Positions 1-13,897 of a stretch of 64,000 bases of DNA are shown one piece after another. How positions within the stretch are numbered: position 1 is the stretch's first letter; every line of letters starts with the position of its first letter. Both the position numbers and the translations under genes were made by a program. The notes beneath the pieces were generated by a model, which saw only the letters and a list, made by a program, of their open reading frames with translations, did not search any database and had not been told where the DNA came from. Source of the stretch: Octopus vulgaris (Eukaryota); assembly GCA_951406725.2 (NCBI GenBank), contig OX597814.1, positions 120,590,001 through 120,654,000 on the forward strand, given 5' to 3'.

Positions 1-2230
1 CAATAGTTTGAGTTTGTTCTTTTTATTTCATACCTCATCATATTCACCATCGCCAGCATTTCCATCGTTATCTTCATTTTTTCAAAACTGTTCTCGCTAT
101 GACCACTTTTATAATCAACTTAATTATTCTTTCATCGTGTTCATTATAAAATTCATACTCTCTTTCGAATTATCATATCATCATAACCATCTTTGTTTTC
201 TCACAGGCACCATCATAACGCTGTCATCAGAAATATCCTCCTAACTCTATCATCAACATCATGCCTTCATCGTTATTATTTTTTACTCTCATCAACACAA
301 TCATTCTCATCATTATCGGCAACCCAAACTTGAAGCCATCAGCAACACAAATAAAATTCAATATTTTTGTATGCTAGGTTAGTCATTCTACAGCTAAATG
401 AGGAGAAACAGATCGAGAGGTTGTAACTAAATTTCTGAAATGTTGAACAAAATGAGAGTTGGGGATATACGCGTAATAAATTCTTAGTAGTTTAACGAAA
501 AATCTAACGAAGCAAACACAGCATACTAGTATCCTGTTTCACTATCATTTAGTTAAAATGTTGAAGCATTCGGCTATTTATAACGTTATATAAACATCTT
601 TACAAGAAGGAGAGATATTTCGCAATTTTAAATCACTCAAAATAGGAAAATTATTAGGTTTATTTCACTGAGATTGTTCGCGTTCTATTTGATCCAAAAG
701 AAAAAAAAAACTGAACGTTTACTTATTTTTTAGTAGTTGTTTCATCACCATGAACTTGAAATTCAATATCAAATCGGAGAAAGCTCTAGCGCTAATATTA
801 TATCAGTAATATAACGGCATAAACTCCAATGTAATGTTAATACATTTAATTATATAACTATTATAATTTTCATGACAGTTTAAAATTTTCAATTAACATA
901 TCTTTTATATTTCCACAAAAATATCTGTTTTGATATACAATTGTTTAAAATAATCTAATTTAGTTGAAAGGAATAAAATGACAGAGATTGTTATTCACAT
1001 TGTTAGAAGCAAATCTAAATCTGCAGTCTTCAGACACCCAGCAGTACCAATAATGTTAATAATGCTATCTAAACCAATATTTTATTACGAATGTTCATTT
1101 ATTGATTTCTGGTATAATCTTCAGTCCTAATACCATAGTAGTAATATTTTAAAAGTAACGTGATTAATATTTAATATGAACACGACTTGCTGCCCAGCTT
1201 TATTGGCACATACATTAGCTTCGTTGTCAGTTTATTTTGACAAGACATGGCAGAGTCTAAAATGAGGAAACGGCTGTTAATGATGTTATCTTTAATCCAG
1301 CTGTATTTTATGTTATTTTTTATATATCTGTTGTTTATTCACTTTACTCTTTTCACTGGTTTTGTTTCCTAAATAGAAGATGAAAGAGACAAAAACATCT
1401 CTGAATGGGTCAATGCTCCAAAGCTTTGATATCCAACATGAGGCTGACAACAGAATGAGTAGCCTTTTAAGAGATATATCACTCAAAGCTGTTTCAAAAT
1501 TGGCATAGATTAAAAGGGGGGAAAATACAATTTTTTTTTCTTCCGATTGAATACATCAAGCTTTGATTTATTCACAGTTCACTGTCAGATAAGTTTCGGT
1601 TTGAATATGACATTCTGATGTATATTTATTGATGAGATCACTGTATTGCTGCTATTAAGCTCTTTTGAAAACTGACATCTAGTATCGATACCATATGTAA
1701 TATTGATTTCTGACATAGGCACAAGGTCTCGAGAATATACGTATTATTAATATAAATAACTAACAGTAAGCTAATAAGCAGGTCGATGAGAGAATATTAA
1801 ATAGTATCATTTGTGTGTTTTTCATCTGCTGATGTTAATAAGATTTTGCGATTTGTCAGTGTAGATATCAAACTAGAAATAATTTTGCCACATCACATAT
1901 CGTTAACAAAGACATGAAAAGGAAGGGGACATGAAAAGCAGGCAGATATCACATACAACAATGATTTAAAACCAATACTCAAATGTAAAAAAAAAAGTAC
2001 TAAAAACGTATTGATTCACTCAACTAAAAGAATACAGCTGAGTAAAACGGTTCCCTATAAACTTTACACATCTAAAGTTTCATAACATGATGGTAGACGG
2101 ACTTTCCCAGCTAATATTTTCCCATTGACACATATAGATCACGGGGTGAAAATGTTCGTTTCAAAATAATATGATTCCGAATTAAATGCCACCTAAGTTT
2201 ATACGAGGCACATGTCTTCTATAATTAACT

Positions 2231-2447
2231 TCTTTACTACCCACAAGGGGCTAAACACAGAGGGGACAAACACGGATAGACAAGCGGATTAAGTCGATTA
2301 CATCGACCCCAGTGCAAACTGGTACTTATTTAATCGACCCCAAAAGGATGAAAGGCAAAGTGGACCTCGGCGGAATTTGAACCCACAACGTAACGGCAGA
2401 CGAAATACGGCTACGTATTTCGCCCGGCGTGCTAAGGTTTCTGCCAG
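2231..2447 (-). mobile_element. tRNA-derived SINE, family A
   Basis: tRNA-like head with B-box-like GGTTCAAATTCC and a central GCCTTTCATCCTTT.GGGGTCGAT..ATAAGTACCAG block (recalled as MetaSINE-like, unverified); near-identical copies at 35041, 42713, 53537. Confidence 0.85.
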
Positions 2448-3553
2448 AAAGTCCTCACGTATGGAAACGTGTTACATTACTAAATCTGCGTTAGTGAGTT
2501 AAAGCCCATTCCGCTGACCTAGTTAGCAACACAGTTTAAGAGAAGTAGCAAGTGAATTTAGCAACACTGTATAGGAGATTTAACAACTGTATTTAGCAAC
2601 ACTGCCTTCGGGTGTACACAGGAGAAGACACGAATATTTGTTCGCCTCTTCCTCCCACCAAACATCAGTTACACTTATATTTTTCATTCAGTGATGCAGA
2701 AGCAAATCTTACACCTGACTGAAATTATTTCACCCGACCGTTTATCATCTGAAATGCTTCACTTTCTAAATTCGTCTTTGGCTATAATTTTAAATTCGTA
2801 GCTAATCTATAAATATTGAAACTGATCATTCACTGCACTATTTATAAGAGGTGGCAACAATAACGAAAATAATCACCAAGAGTTTTGCGTACGGCCTTTG
2901 TTTATCACGTATGTCATAACGTGACAAAGATTGGTCACATAACAAAATAAATAAAGACATAAATAAGGAAATAAAACAAAATAGAATAGAAAATATAATG
3001 CTGTCACTTTGATGAAGAATAATGACAAAGATAAAAGCTCAATATTTCGCGTCGAATCTTGATTTTCAAAATCAAACATATGTCTCCAGAGTAAAATTTA
3101 AAATTATGAGTAAACTAGCGTTGTGCGTAAATAAACAACATTTATATTGACGTACACATACAGACGCACACAAACAAAAACATACACAATATGAACAAGC
3201 TCAGACACATTGTCACAGAGATACACTCACGCAGATGCATAATAGAAACAGATATACAGTGACATAGGAACACGCACACACTCACACACACACACACAAG
3301 CACACACACATGCTTATTTAAAAATTAGAATGTTTAGCTGTTTTGTGCTTACATCTACTCCTATATTTATATATAGTTATCAATCCGTCTACTTATCTAT
3401 ATATACACCTATGTAACTATGTATAAATGTATGCATGCACACGTGTTTGTGCATCTGCTTGTATGAGTGAAATAAGAGCAATAATATACAATTGGGAATT
3501 CAACATTTTTTAATAGTTTATTATATATTATTTATTCAAAGGCGGAAATTATA

Positions 3554-3608
3554 TTTCACATCAAGACTATTAGTTTCGCCGTTTCATGGCACTTTAGGGA
3601 ATGTGAAA
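3554..3608 (-). ncRNA. Degenerate type I hammerhead-like motif
   Basis: Minus strand: TTTCACAT..CTAAAGT-GCC atgaaac GGC-GAAAC TAATA GTC..ATGTGAAA; stems I, II and III pair but the core has two substitutions relative to CUGANGA. Confidence 0.45.
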
Positions 3609-3769
3609 ACACATATATTGTTCCTCTTATATATACTTTGGTGACAACTATTAAATTGAAATATTACTTTTGACTTCAGTATCAACATATGCAGGTGAAA
3701 CAATGTACATCATTCTATATTGCATCTATTAGCATATTATGGTCGAATATTGGGATATGATATGTATGT

Positions 3770-4007
3770 ATAAATATATATATATATATTCACACACACA
3801 CACACACACATATATATATGTGTGTGTGTGTGTGTATGTGTGTGTGTGTGAGTGTGCGTGTGTGTGTGTGCGTGTGTGTGTTTCATGTATATATATATAC
3901 TTGAAAATGGATGATTCGCCTTCAAACATATAATAAAAAATATTATATATATATATATATATACATGCATGCATACATATATATATATACACATACATAC
4001 ATATATG

Positions 4008-4055
<48 letters not shown>

Positions 4056-4118
4056 GTGTGTATGTATGTATATATATATACATATATATACGTATATATA
4101 TATGCATACATATATATG

Positions 4119-4208
<90 letters not shown>
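3770..4208. repeat. Compound (TA)n/(CA)n/(TG)n microsatellite
   Basis: Directly visible dinucleotide tracts. Confidence 0.95.
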
Positions 4209-4211
<3 letters not shown>

Positions 4212-4868
4212 AATAAAAGGCTCCCAAATAAAGAAGCTTAGTGCTAGAGACACAAATAGGGATAAATTCATGGAAAGAATGAAAATCGAAAACATTTACC
4301 ATAAAAGATATATCCCAGACTGATCAGTTTCTACCTCTTTCTAGCAAAACAGACAGAATATGTTTGCCAAGTCTTTTGTGCAAGGCCACTGGTAATAATA
4401 ACTTATGTTATTACCCTTTTTGATTATGTTTACATATTACTTGATAAATTTGTTCGTAAAATTTTTACCGGCATGCTCTCTGTCGCCGGGTATGTTTTGC
4501 GTCTGCGTGGAGGTTTGAAAAGTTAAGATATACAAATCGCTAGATCTACATGTGCTCTAATGCTCTGTGCATCTAGGATTAAGAAGTCTTCTCACTGACG
4601 AACCTTGCCTTGGCAAACATATTCTGTCTGTTTTGCTAGAAAGAGGTAGAAACTGAATCAGTCTGGGATATATCTTTAATGGTAAATGTTTTTGATTTTC
4701 ATTATTTCCATGAATTTATCCCTAATTGTGTCTCTAGCACTAAGCTTCCTTATTTGGGAGCCTTTTATTATATTTCTATATGAATAATATTTTGTCTAAT
4801 GACTAATTCGTCTTTTGTTCTAGGCCACTGGTAATAATAACTTATGTTATTACCCTTTTTGATTATGT
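4209..4868 (+). mobile_element. Non-autonomous Penelope-like insertion: inverted partial copy plus 1.13 units of a ~439-bp monomer
   Basis: Inverted repeat 4209-4371 / 4609-4772; direct repeat 4371-4429 / 4810-4868; (TA)n on both sides; degenerate HHR-like CTGACGA...AAACATAT at 4595-4626. Confidence 0.7.
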
Positions 4869-4904
4869 ATATATATATATATATATATACATATGTATAT
4901 ATAT

Positions 4905-5996
4905 AAACTTAGACTTAGATAAGCTTAAATATGATTCGACCAAAGATTGGTCCAGGCCATGTCTAAATTAATAGCACCACCTGGTAGGATTATCTAAATC
5001 CTGTTTAAATTAATTTTGTTTATGATCCATTCAAGTAGTGAGTTCTTGTTAATTGAGTTATTTCTAGGTATCGGTGGCTTATCCGGTATTCCTTGAAGAA
5101 ATCTGTCCAGACTCCGTTTAAAGGTGCTGGGATCCTTTTCCTTTTTCATCTCGTTCGGGATAATGTTAAAGAGTCTAGGGCCTGTTGAGGGAAATAAATT
5201 ATGTCGCAGTGTAGCTATATGATGTGATCCTGAATTGGGTAGGGGACGTATGGCCCGTGGTCTCAGCCTTGGATGAACCTTGAAACTAATGTTCAAGTCG
5301 TTTGAGCAATGCTGGCGGTATATTCTCAACATCGTACAATTGATGTACCGCTCGTGGCTGCACTGGAGAGAGTAGAGTTCCAAGTCTTTAACGCGGTTCC
5401 AATAATCGCGAACACTCATGCCTTCAATTCGTTTAGTGAGTGCCCTCTGTGTTGGTTCAATCCTCGAGATGTTTTGTTTTGCATGGGGAGACTACAAGGG
5501 GCTGCAGTATTCGAGGTGTGGTCGTACAAAAGAGGAGAAAAGTGGAATGATGACACCTTGTGCTCTGGACCGGAAGGTTCATAAGGTCCAAGAGCTCATC
5601 CTGTGATCTATATCGACCTTTTTGTCGATGTGGGCACTCCAACTGAGATTGTTATTTACAATTACATCCAGGTCTCTGATATTGTTAGATGCTGTGAGCG
5701 GTTCCCCTAAAGGAAGAGAGTATGGCTGTTTTAGTATAGACTGTCTTCTAAAATGCATCAGTTCAAATTTTCCCTCGTTAAGTTGCATTTTGTTTTTCTC
5801 TGCCCATTGACTCACAGCATACTGGAGTTGAGTTCGGTCTTCTTCTTCATTGATGATTTGCTGGAGTTTAGTGTCATCCGCAAATATTTTCACTTTGCAG
5901 TGTTTTACAATGCTGGAAAGGTTATTTATGTATATTATAAAGAGGAGCGGGCCCATGTCAGTCCCCTGAGGTACACCACTAGTGACTTTTTGCCAT
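4905..5996 (-). mobile_element. 5'-truncated CR1/L2-like LINE (RT C-terminal half and 3' UTR), degenerate
   Basis: ORFs 5579-6013 (SGVPQG..GPLLFIIYIN, FADDTKL) and 4994-5419 (LYSLQ..ERY..FKRSLDRFL); same family as 44170-45710, shared 3' UTR ggccatgtctaa.ttaatagcaccacctgg. Confidence 0.9.
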
Positions 5997-6181
5997 GATA
6001 GATCGCTAGCCACTACACATTTTTATTTTCTCCCCTCGTTTCTTTCTGTGTTCTCTTCTGTGGAAGAGCGTAGGCTCGAAAGGTTAAATAATTTTTGACT
6101 TCTCGAGCGTTAAACTAATACATCTAATTGTTGTCTACACCACCTGTCTTTGTCTTTTGCTTTTTCGTGTGAATTCTCCCT
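5997..6181 (+). mobile_element. Short repeat family carrying a minimal HHR-like motif (A6U core), copy 1
   Basis: gatagatcgctagccactacac...CTGTGGAAGAGCGTAGGCTCGAAA...; homologous to 13741, 16843, 20338; ends at a microsatellite. Confidence 0.75.
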
Positions 6182-6197
6182 ACATGCATACATCTAT

Positions 6198-7106
<909 letters not shown>

Positions 7107-7181
7107 TAGATATAGATGTATTGGCTTAAGTTTTTCATTGTTTGATTTGCCTAATAGTGGTTTTATCTCTAATTTAATGTA

Positions 7182-7221
<40 letters not shown>

Positions 7222-7239
7222 ATATATATGCATATATAA

Positions 7240-7297
<58 letters not shown>

Positions 7298-8185
7298 GGG
7301 GGAGAGAGGAGGAGAAGAGATAGAGCTGAGAGAGTGTGAAAGTGCGGGAGTAGTTTTATAATAACATGAAACCGATGTTGCTACAGAATTTCATTTAAGA
7401 TTATGATCGTTTCAACTATACATCACTACACATCACTATATACTAAACAATATTGTTTACGTAAATCCATACAGTATTCAGTTAATAAGTAGAAAAATAA
7501 TTGAACGTAGCAGTTTGCCATTCTCATGAACCCTTTTGTTTATTATGGTGGATTTAAAGAGTTTCCAACAAGCAACGAAATTGGAGCAGCATAGTATCAG
7601 AGCTATTATCATTAAGTCTTTTTTTCTCTTAAAGATAATTCAGTAGATAGTGATTGTAAATAATAGAAATATTATTAACAATCTTTGATTTGGTTTAAAC
7701 TCTCCATAACACTGCCTAACATATAAAGGAGATATAAAGTTTAAATGCAACCTTGTACTGTGAATAGAGAGAAAAGAAATTCTCTACTATACAGTTAGTA
7801 ATAACTATACAGTTATTAATGAAGTGATAGTAACGGAAGGGTAGTATGCTTATAGTTTAATGTAAAGGAAAAATTTGAAAGTAGCTAAATGATAAAAGAA
7901 GAACGGTTATGTTGTACGTCGTAATGGATATATATATCTCCTATTTCTATTGCTAAATCTGGATACTAAAAGGATACTTATCAAGATGGATTAAATTAGA
8001 TGTGGTATTGATGGTATTGCTTGAAGGGGTATGTTAAAGGGATGATTCAAGGAGAGAAATACTGAATTCATAAAAAGAGAACATAGGCATTACATAGTTG
8101 AACTGCATTATGAAAGATTTTTATATAGAAATTTTAAGAAGGTTTTATCAGATAAGTGTGCGAGACTAATTCATATCGAATTTCG

Positions 8186-8365
8186 GGGGGGGGGGGTAAG
8201 TCGGTTACATCGACCCCAGAGCGTAACTGGTATTTTTTTAATCGAACTCGAAATGATGACAGGCAAAGCCGACCTCGGTGGAATTTGAACTCAGTACGTA
8301 AAGACGGACGAAATAACGCTAAGTATTTCGCCCACCATGCAAAAGAGCCTGCCAACTCACCGCTT
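8186..8365 (-). mobile_element. SINE family A copy
   Basis: Matches family A head and central domain. Confidence 0.8.
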
Positions 8366-8384
8366 TAATAATAAAAAAATAATC

Positions 8385-8423
8385 ATCATAATAATAATAA
8401 TAATAATAATAATAATCATCATC

Positions 8424-8466
<43 letters not shown>
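8385..8466. repeat. (AAT)n microsatellite
   Basis: Visible trinucleotide tract. Confidence 0.95.
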
Positions 8467-8469
<3 letters not shown>

Positions 8470-9457
8470 CTAGCTAAAAAAACAAAGATTTTTTAAATAC
8501 AAAAACAGGAAAAAAATCATGTAGAATCAATTCCAGTTCGTGTTTCCCACATACGAATTTCTATCTATAGATAAAACATCATATGCGCAAACAAGTTACT
8601 ATCCAGACAGCGGCTATCATTCACGTGTTAACTTCTCCAACTCGTCTGGAAGCTACCATAAACACACCATAAATAAAGTTGATTTTTGGTGGCGTTTGCG
8701 GATGTGTCGTATACGTCAAGCAGGATGACACTCACCACTCTCGGAAACTGCTCTGTGTTTTTGATCGCGTTACCAATTGACATTCGTTGCCACTCATTTT
8801 AATGACTAGAAGCTCAATTCATTGCGATTGCAAGGCTGAAAATATCCTATTGGTCATCAAAACTTGTTACAATTGATGACCCTGACGTGATTTGATGGGA
8901 AATGAGTGTATATCATTAGGCGGTGCGTTGTTCCTATATAAAATCGAGGAACCTTATTAATATTCGATAGATTCTTTTGTTGCTTTTGTTGACTGCCGTT
9001 GTTTAGTGCCTAAGTTGATATGAATTGTTGCTTGTATATATGTGTGCCAATGTTGCTGTAATGTATTGCAGAGTGGTAGCTGAATCTGTGTCTTCCCGAG
9101 GCGCTGGAAATGTTCAATTGTAAATTTAATTTCTACATTTATTCCAAGTAAATCTATTCACATTTGGCAGTCATGTTTTTAGTCACATGAGAAAAATAGT
9201 GAAAGCGGGACATTTGGTTCATCGAAATGGCTTACTTTTTGAGAATGTTAATTTCTTTGAAAGATTTGGGATATATGTGTGTCCGTGTTTGTGAGTGTGT
9301 GTGCTTGAGAGAGAGCGTTTGTGTGTAAGTGTGTGTACGAGCGTGTGCGCATGTACGTACGCATGTATATGACTGTAAGTGTGTGTCTGCATTTAATATA
9401 TATATATATATATATGTGCGTGTGTGTGTATGTAAGTGTGTGAATAGATATATATAT

Positions 9458-9528
<71 letters not shown>

Positions 9529-9603
9529 TGCAGCGTGGAAGGTGTTTATAAGCCATTTAAGAAACACACAAAAGCCGTTCGATTCACTCCAACATTTAAG
9601 TTT

Positions 9604-9657
9604 ACTTTGTCAAAATATTTTCGTCGCTAAAATCCGCGACCTGTTCACTGACAAAGT
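9604..9657 (-). ncRNA. Type I minimal hammerhead ribozyme, G3:C8 variant
   Basis: ACTTTGTCA-GTGAACA-G-GTCGC ggatttta GCGAC-GAAA ATAT TT-TGACAAAGT: 9-bp stem I, 5-bp stem II, palindromic AATATT stem III, UUU triplet. Confidence 0.75.
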
Positions 9658-9902
9658 CCGTGCTGCATCTAAGAAAGTAACAGTTAGTTCGTCATATATA
9701 TGTACGTATGTATGTGTGTATGTATGCATACATGTGTGTATGTATGTACGTATGCATGTACGCACATACGCCTGTGTATGCATGTATGTATGTATGTATG
9801 TATACATACATACATACATGTATGTATACATACATACATACATACATACATGCATGCATGCATACATGCATAACTGTTACTTTCTTAGATGCAGCACGGA
9901 CT

Positions 9903-9950
9903 TTGTCAGTGAACAGGTCGCGGATTTTAGCGACGAAAATATTTTGACAA
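9903..9950 (+). ncRNA. Type I minimal hammerhead ribozyme, G3:C8 variant
   Basis: TTGTCA-GTGAACA-G-GTCGC ggatttta GCGAC-GAAA ATAT TT-TGACAA. Confidence 0.75.
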
Positions 9951-10144
9951 TTTAAACTTAAATGTTGGAGTGAATCGAACGGCTTTTGTGTGTTTCTTAA
10001 ATGGCTTATAAACACCTTCCACGCTGCAATTGTTTTCGTTTCAGCACACGATCTCAGATCAAATTACTTGCTATGCGAGTACATCTCCGTAATATATATA
10101 TATATATATATATATACATACATATATAAATATACATATATATG

Positions 10145-10220
<76 letters not shown>

Positions 10221-13200
10221 GTGTGTGTGTGTGTGCGTGTGTGTGTGTGTGTGTGCGTGTGATTATACGGTTACAGAACGTTACCAACTGTGTAAACAGC
10301 ACGAAATACGGAAACAACAAGAGAGAAAAATGGAAAACAGAAGAAGTAAACACAGAAAATGACCTTTCTTCAGTTGTCGGCTGTTTCTCTACTCCTCATT
10401 TCAAGCATTCAACGATAGTAAGTACAAATATCCTATATCAGACTAGCATAGATTACCAGTCCCATATGCTGCACACTCACAGAATCCATCCGGCAATTCG
10501 CATGCACATTAGCACCATTTTGGTAATATGTATATACAACGAGGTGTCGTTGCCCATATCGATCCCCAGATCACACATTGTGCTTTACTCTGCGATTGCC
10601 TCTACTTTTTGGTCCGAAGCACTCTTGTTGCAGCATGAGGGCTCTAGCTGTGTGATATTGAAGGGCGTGGACTTTACTTGCATTAAAATGCATTCTGCTT
10701 TCTTTAACCAATTTATAAAAGGCATTTGGGTCTTTTTGTAGAATATTAGCTAGTAACAGGTGCTACTGCTCCAAGATATAATAGGCTTTGGAATAATTGT
10801 TTACCACACTCCACAAAATCCTACAACTCCCTAAAAAGGTCCCGACCACAAAATGCAATTTAAGCATTATGCCCAGGACATAGAAAATACTTTATATATA
10901 GCAGAAAAGTCTGAGTCGATATTCTTTCATTTTTGTATATATTTTCAAATTCAAAAATAGAAAATTTGTATAGTCACATGAGAATTAATATTTTCTCAAA
11001 AAGATTTACAATCGTATCCATGCGCTGCACACCAATATCGACTCAATAAAACATCCATATATGTGTCATAGCTGATGCCAGATTTGACAACGCCATGAAA
11101 ATTTTATGACAATGCTTTTTTTTATAAGCTATATTACTTAGATTTCATATTTATATGCACACACACACACACACACACCTATACATTCCAATAATCTGCA
11201 GTAGCAGCTGCGAAAGACATCTAAATAGTAATCTTTCCGCCGCGAATCAGACCATGAATGTAAACTGAAATCCGATTGCTTGATTGTAAAAGCGATAGTA
11301 ACGTGATTAGTGAAATAGCAATATCAATCCGACACACAAATCAATCAAAAGCGTATATACTGCTATATAATCATTTGATGAGAAATGTTCCTTACGATGA
11401 CTTTTGATTAACAATTGTAGCTGTGTATTTTGAAAAGCTTCGCAACTACCACGTGTGTCTCTGTGAGTGTGTAATTATATATATACGTGCGTAGATACAT
11501 AAATACGCACACATACTCACACACACACATATACATATACACAAATACATATATGCACACACATACTCACATATTCTCCTTTGATATTCTATACATTTCT
11601 CTAAGCATCGAAAATGTAGCATGATCGGCATCGTGATTTCATTGGTGATTTCACACAAATTGCTCTGATACAACTACCCTAATATGACGTAATTTGATTT
11701 CTATATGACAAACAGAACTAGCCACATCTATTGCAATATCTCTAAATTATATGACGTATCTGTCTGATGACCTGGCCTTTATTCCTGTCCATTTTTATCC
11801 TTTGGTATGAATAATAATTACGTGCCAAGCTGATACAGTTTAGATGTATTTACCTTGTTATATATACTTCTGCTTATACTCTTACACCTTACACACAAGC
11901 ACAAAAATACACAGAGATATACACTGACATACATAGTAACACACCTTCAAACATACAGGCATCCTACACACACACACATATATATATATACTTTATACAT
12001 GTATATACATTGACATTTAGATAAATATATGGATACATACTCTCATACAAACATTCTCTTTTGGCAAGAAATCTTGAAATAAGACTGAACAATGATATAC
12101 ATACATACATATATGCGAGACTGATTATATGAATATTGTTTTTTTTTTTTCAGAACAATAATCCCATGCAATTCCCCTATCATATATATTAGGCTTAACA
12201 TATATATTATACATTTGTTTCTATATCAGTCAACAATGTGTTTCTTGAAGACCACATTTTCCAGTGCTTTAATCCGCAGTAATATAAATCTTTTTAACGA
12301 ATAGCAGAATATACTTAATTATTAATAGATTCACTCCGTATATTTAATGATATTGTACGGTATGAAATATATGGAATATCTACAAATTTGTATTTGGAAT
12401 CCTAGCATATAATATTATTCAGCTTCGTAAATTGGAATCTTTAATGCTAATATTGAAGAGCAACTCTTTTTCCCAGCATGGAATATGTTACTAGAGCTTT
12501 AAAATAGAAGAAAGCAATCTGGCGAGAAATGCATTAGAGGTCACACCATTCGGCCAGCCATTTTCCAAAAAGTACTAACAATTAAGCATACTAAGTATAT
12601 TCGATGCATTCAAAGTAAAAGTAAAAATTCGTTTCACACACTGATTGATATTTTTAGTTTAATCAGAAGCTAGACGATTGCAACGTATGTTAGTCATGCG
12701 TTATTGTACACCAGTGGAAATAATGCGGTGAACACGAAAAATATTTTAGGCTCTGTACGTTTTAGGTTCGGTTACTAGTTTATCCCTCATGTATACCAAA
12801 TGGCCTTTACGTGGTTAAACATCTTCATTTTATTTGTCATTTAAAAATAGTAATATGTGTGATATGATAATATAATAAATAATAGTATTCAGAACATAGT
12901 TTTCTAATTTCCCATTAACTGAATTGATAGAATTTATTTCTATATTTGGAAAAAAAAAAACTTATCTTTCTCTTAATTTGTTCGAAGTGAATGATATCAT
13001 AATATAGTGTCTATTTAAAACTGATGTCCATTTAGATTAAAGAAGGATGGTGGAAAATTCTGCAATTTATAGAGCGGGGAACCGAACCATGATAATTACA
13101 TCTATAGTAGTCCTTTACTTATATTTTTAACTTCGAAATTAAAATACGAATACATACAATCTCCTGCACAATATAACGAATATAAAAGAACGAATTTCTT

Positions 13201-13619
13201 TTGATATGCGTGTCTGTGCGTATATGCGCGCGTACAATTCATCTGTATTCTATAAATGTATATTAACCTCTGATGCTGTAACAGTTGACCCATAGAATAT
13301 GCAATTATGTATGAAATAAATTGTAATAAGACGGAATTATTGCGCACCCCCCCACTATTATTTGTAAAGCAAACTAATTTTATTCCAGCAGAAACAACTT
13401 CTAAATCTAAGTTAAAGCCAATAATTCAAAACATACTTGCTTTCAGTGTGATAAGGTAGAGAAATAGATGAATATTTTGAAGTACAACAGAAGATAAATG
13501 CACATTAATGTCATAGACCGTGATAAAATTACCCAGTGTATATATATCCATACGTACAAATACACATACATACATACACACATGCATACATATATATATA
13601 TACACATGTATATATACAT

Positions 13620-13897
<278 letters not shown>

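Larger units (their letters stand above)
9524..10092 (+). mobile_element. Penelope-like 3'-end element with 163-bp inverted repeat
   Basis: Inverted repeat 9524-9686 / 9871-10033 around a (TATG)n/(TACA)n spacer; (TA)n at both outer ends; each arm contains an HHR fold. Confidence 0.75.
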
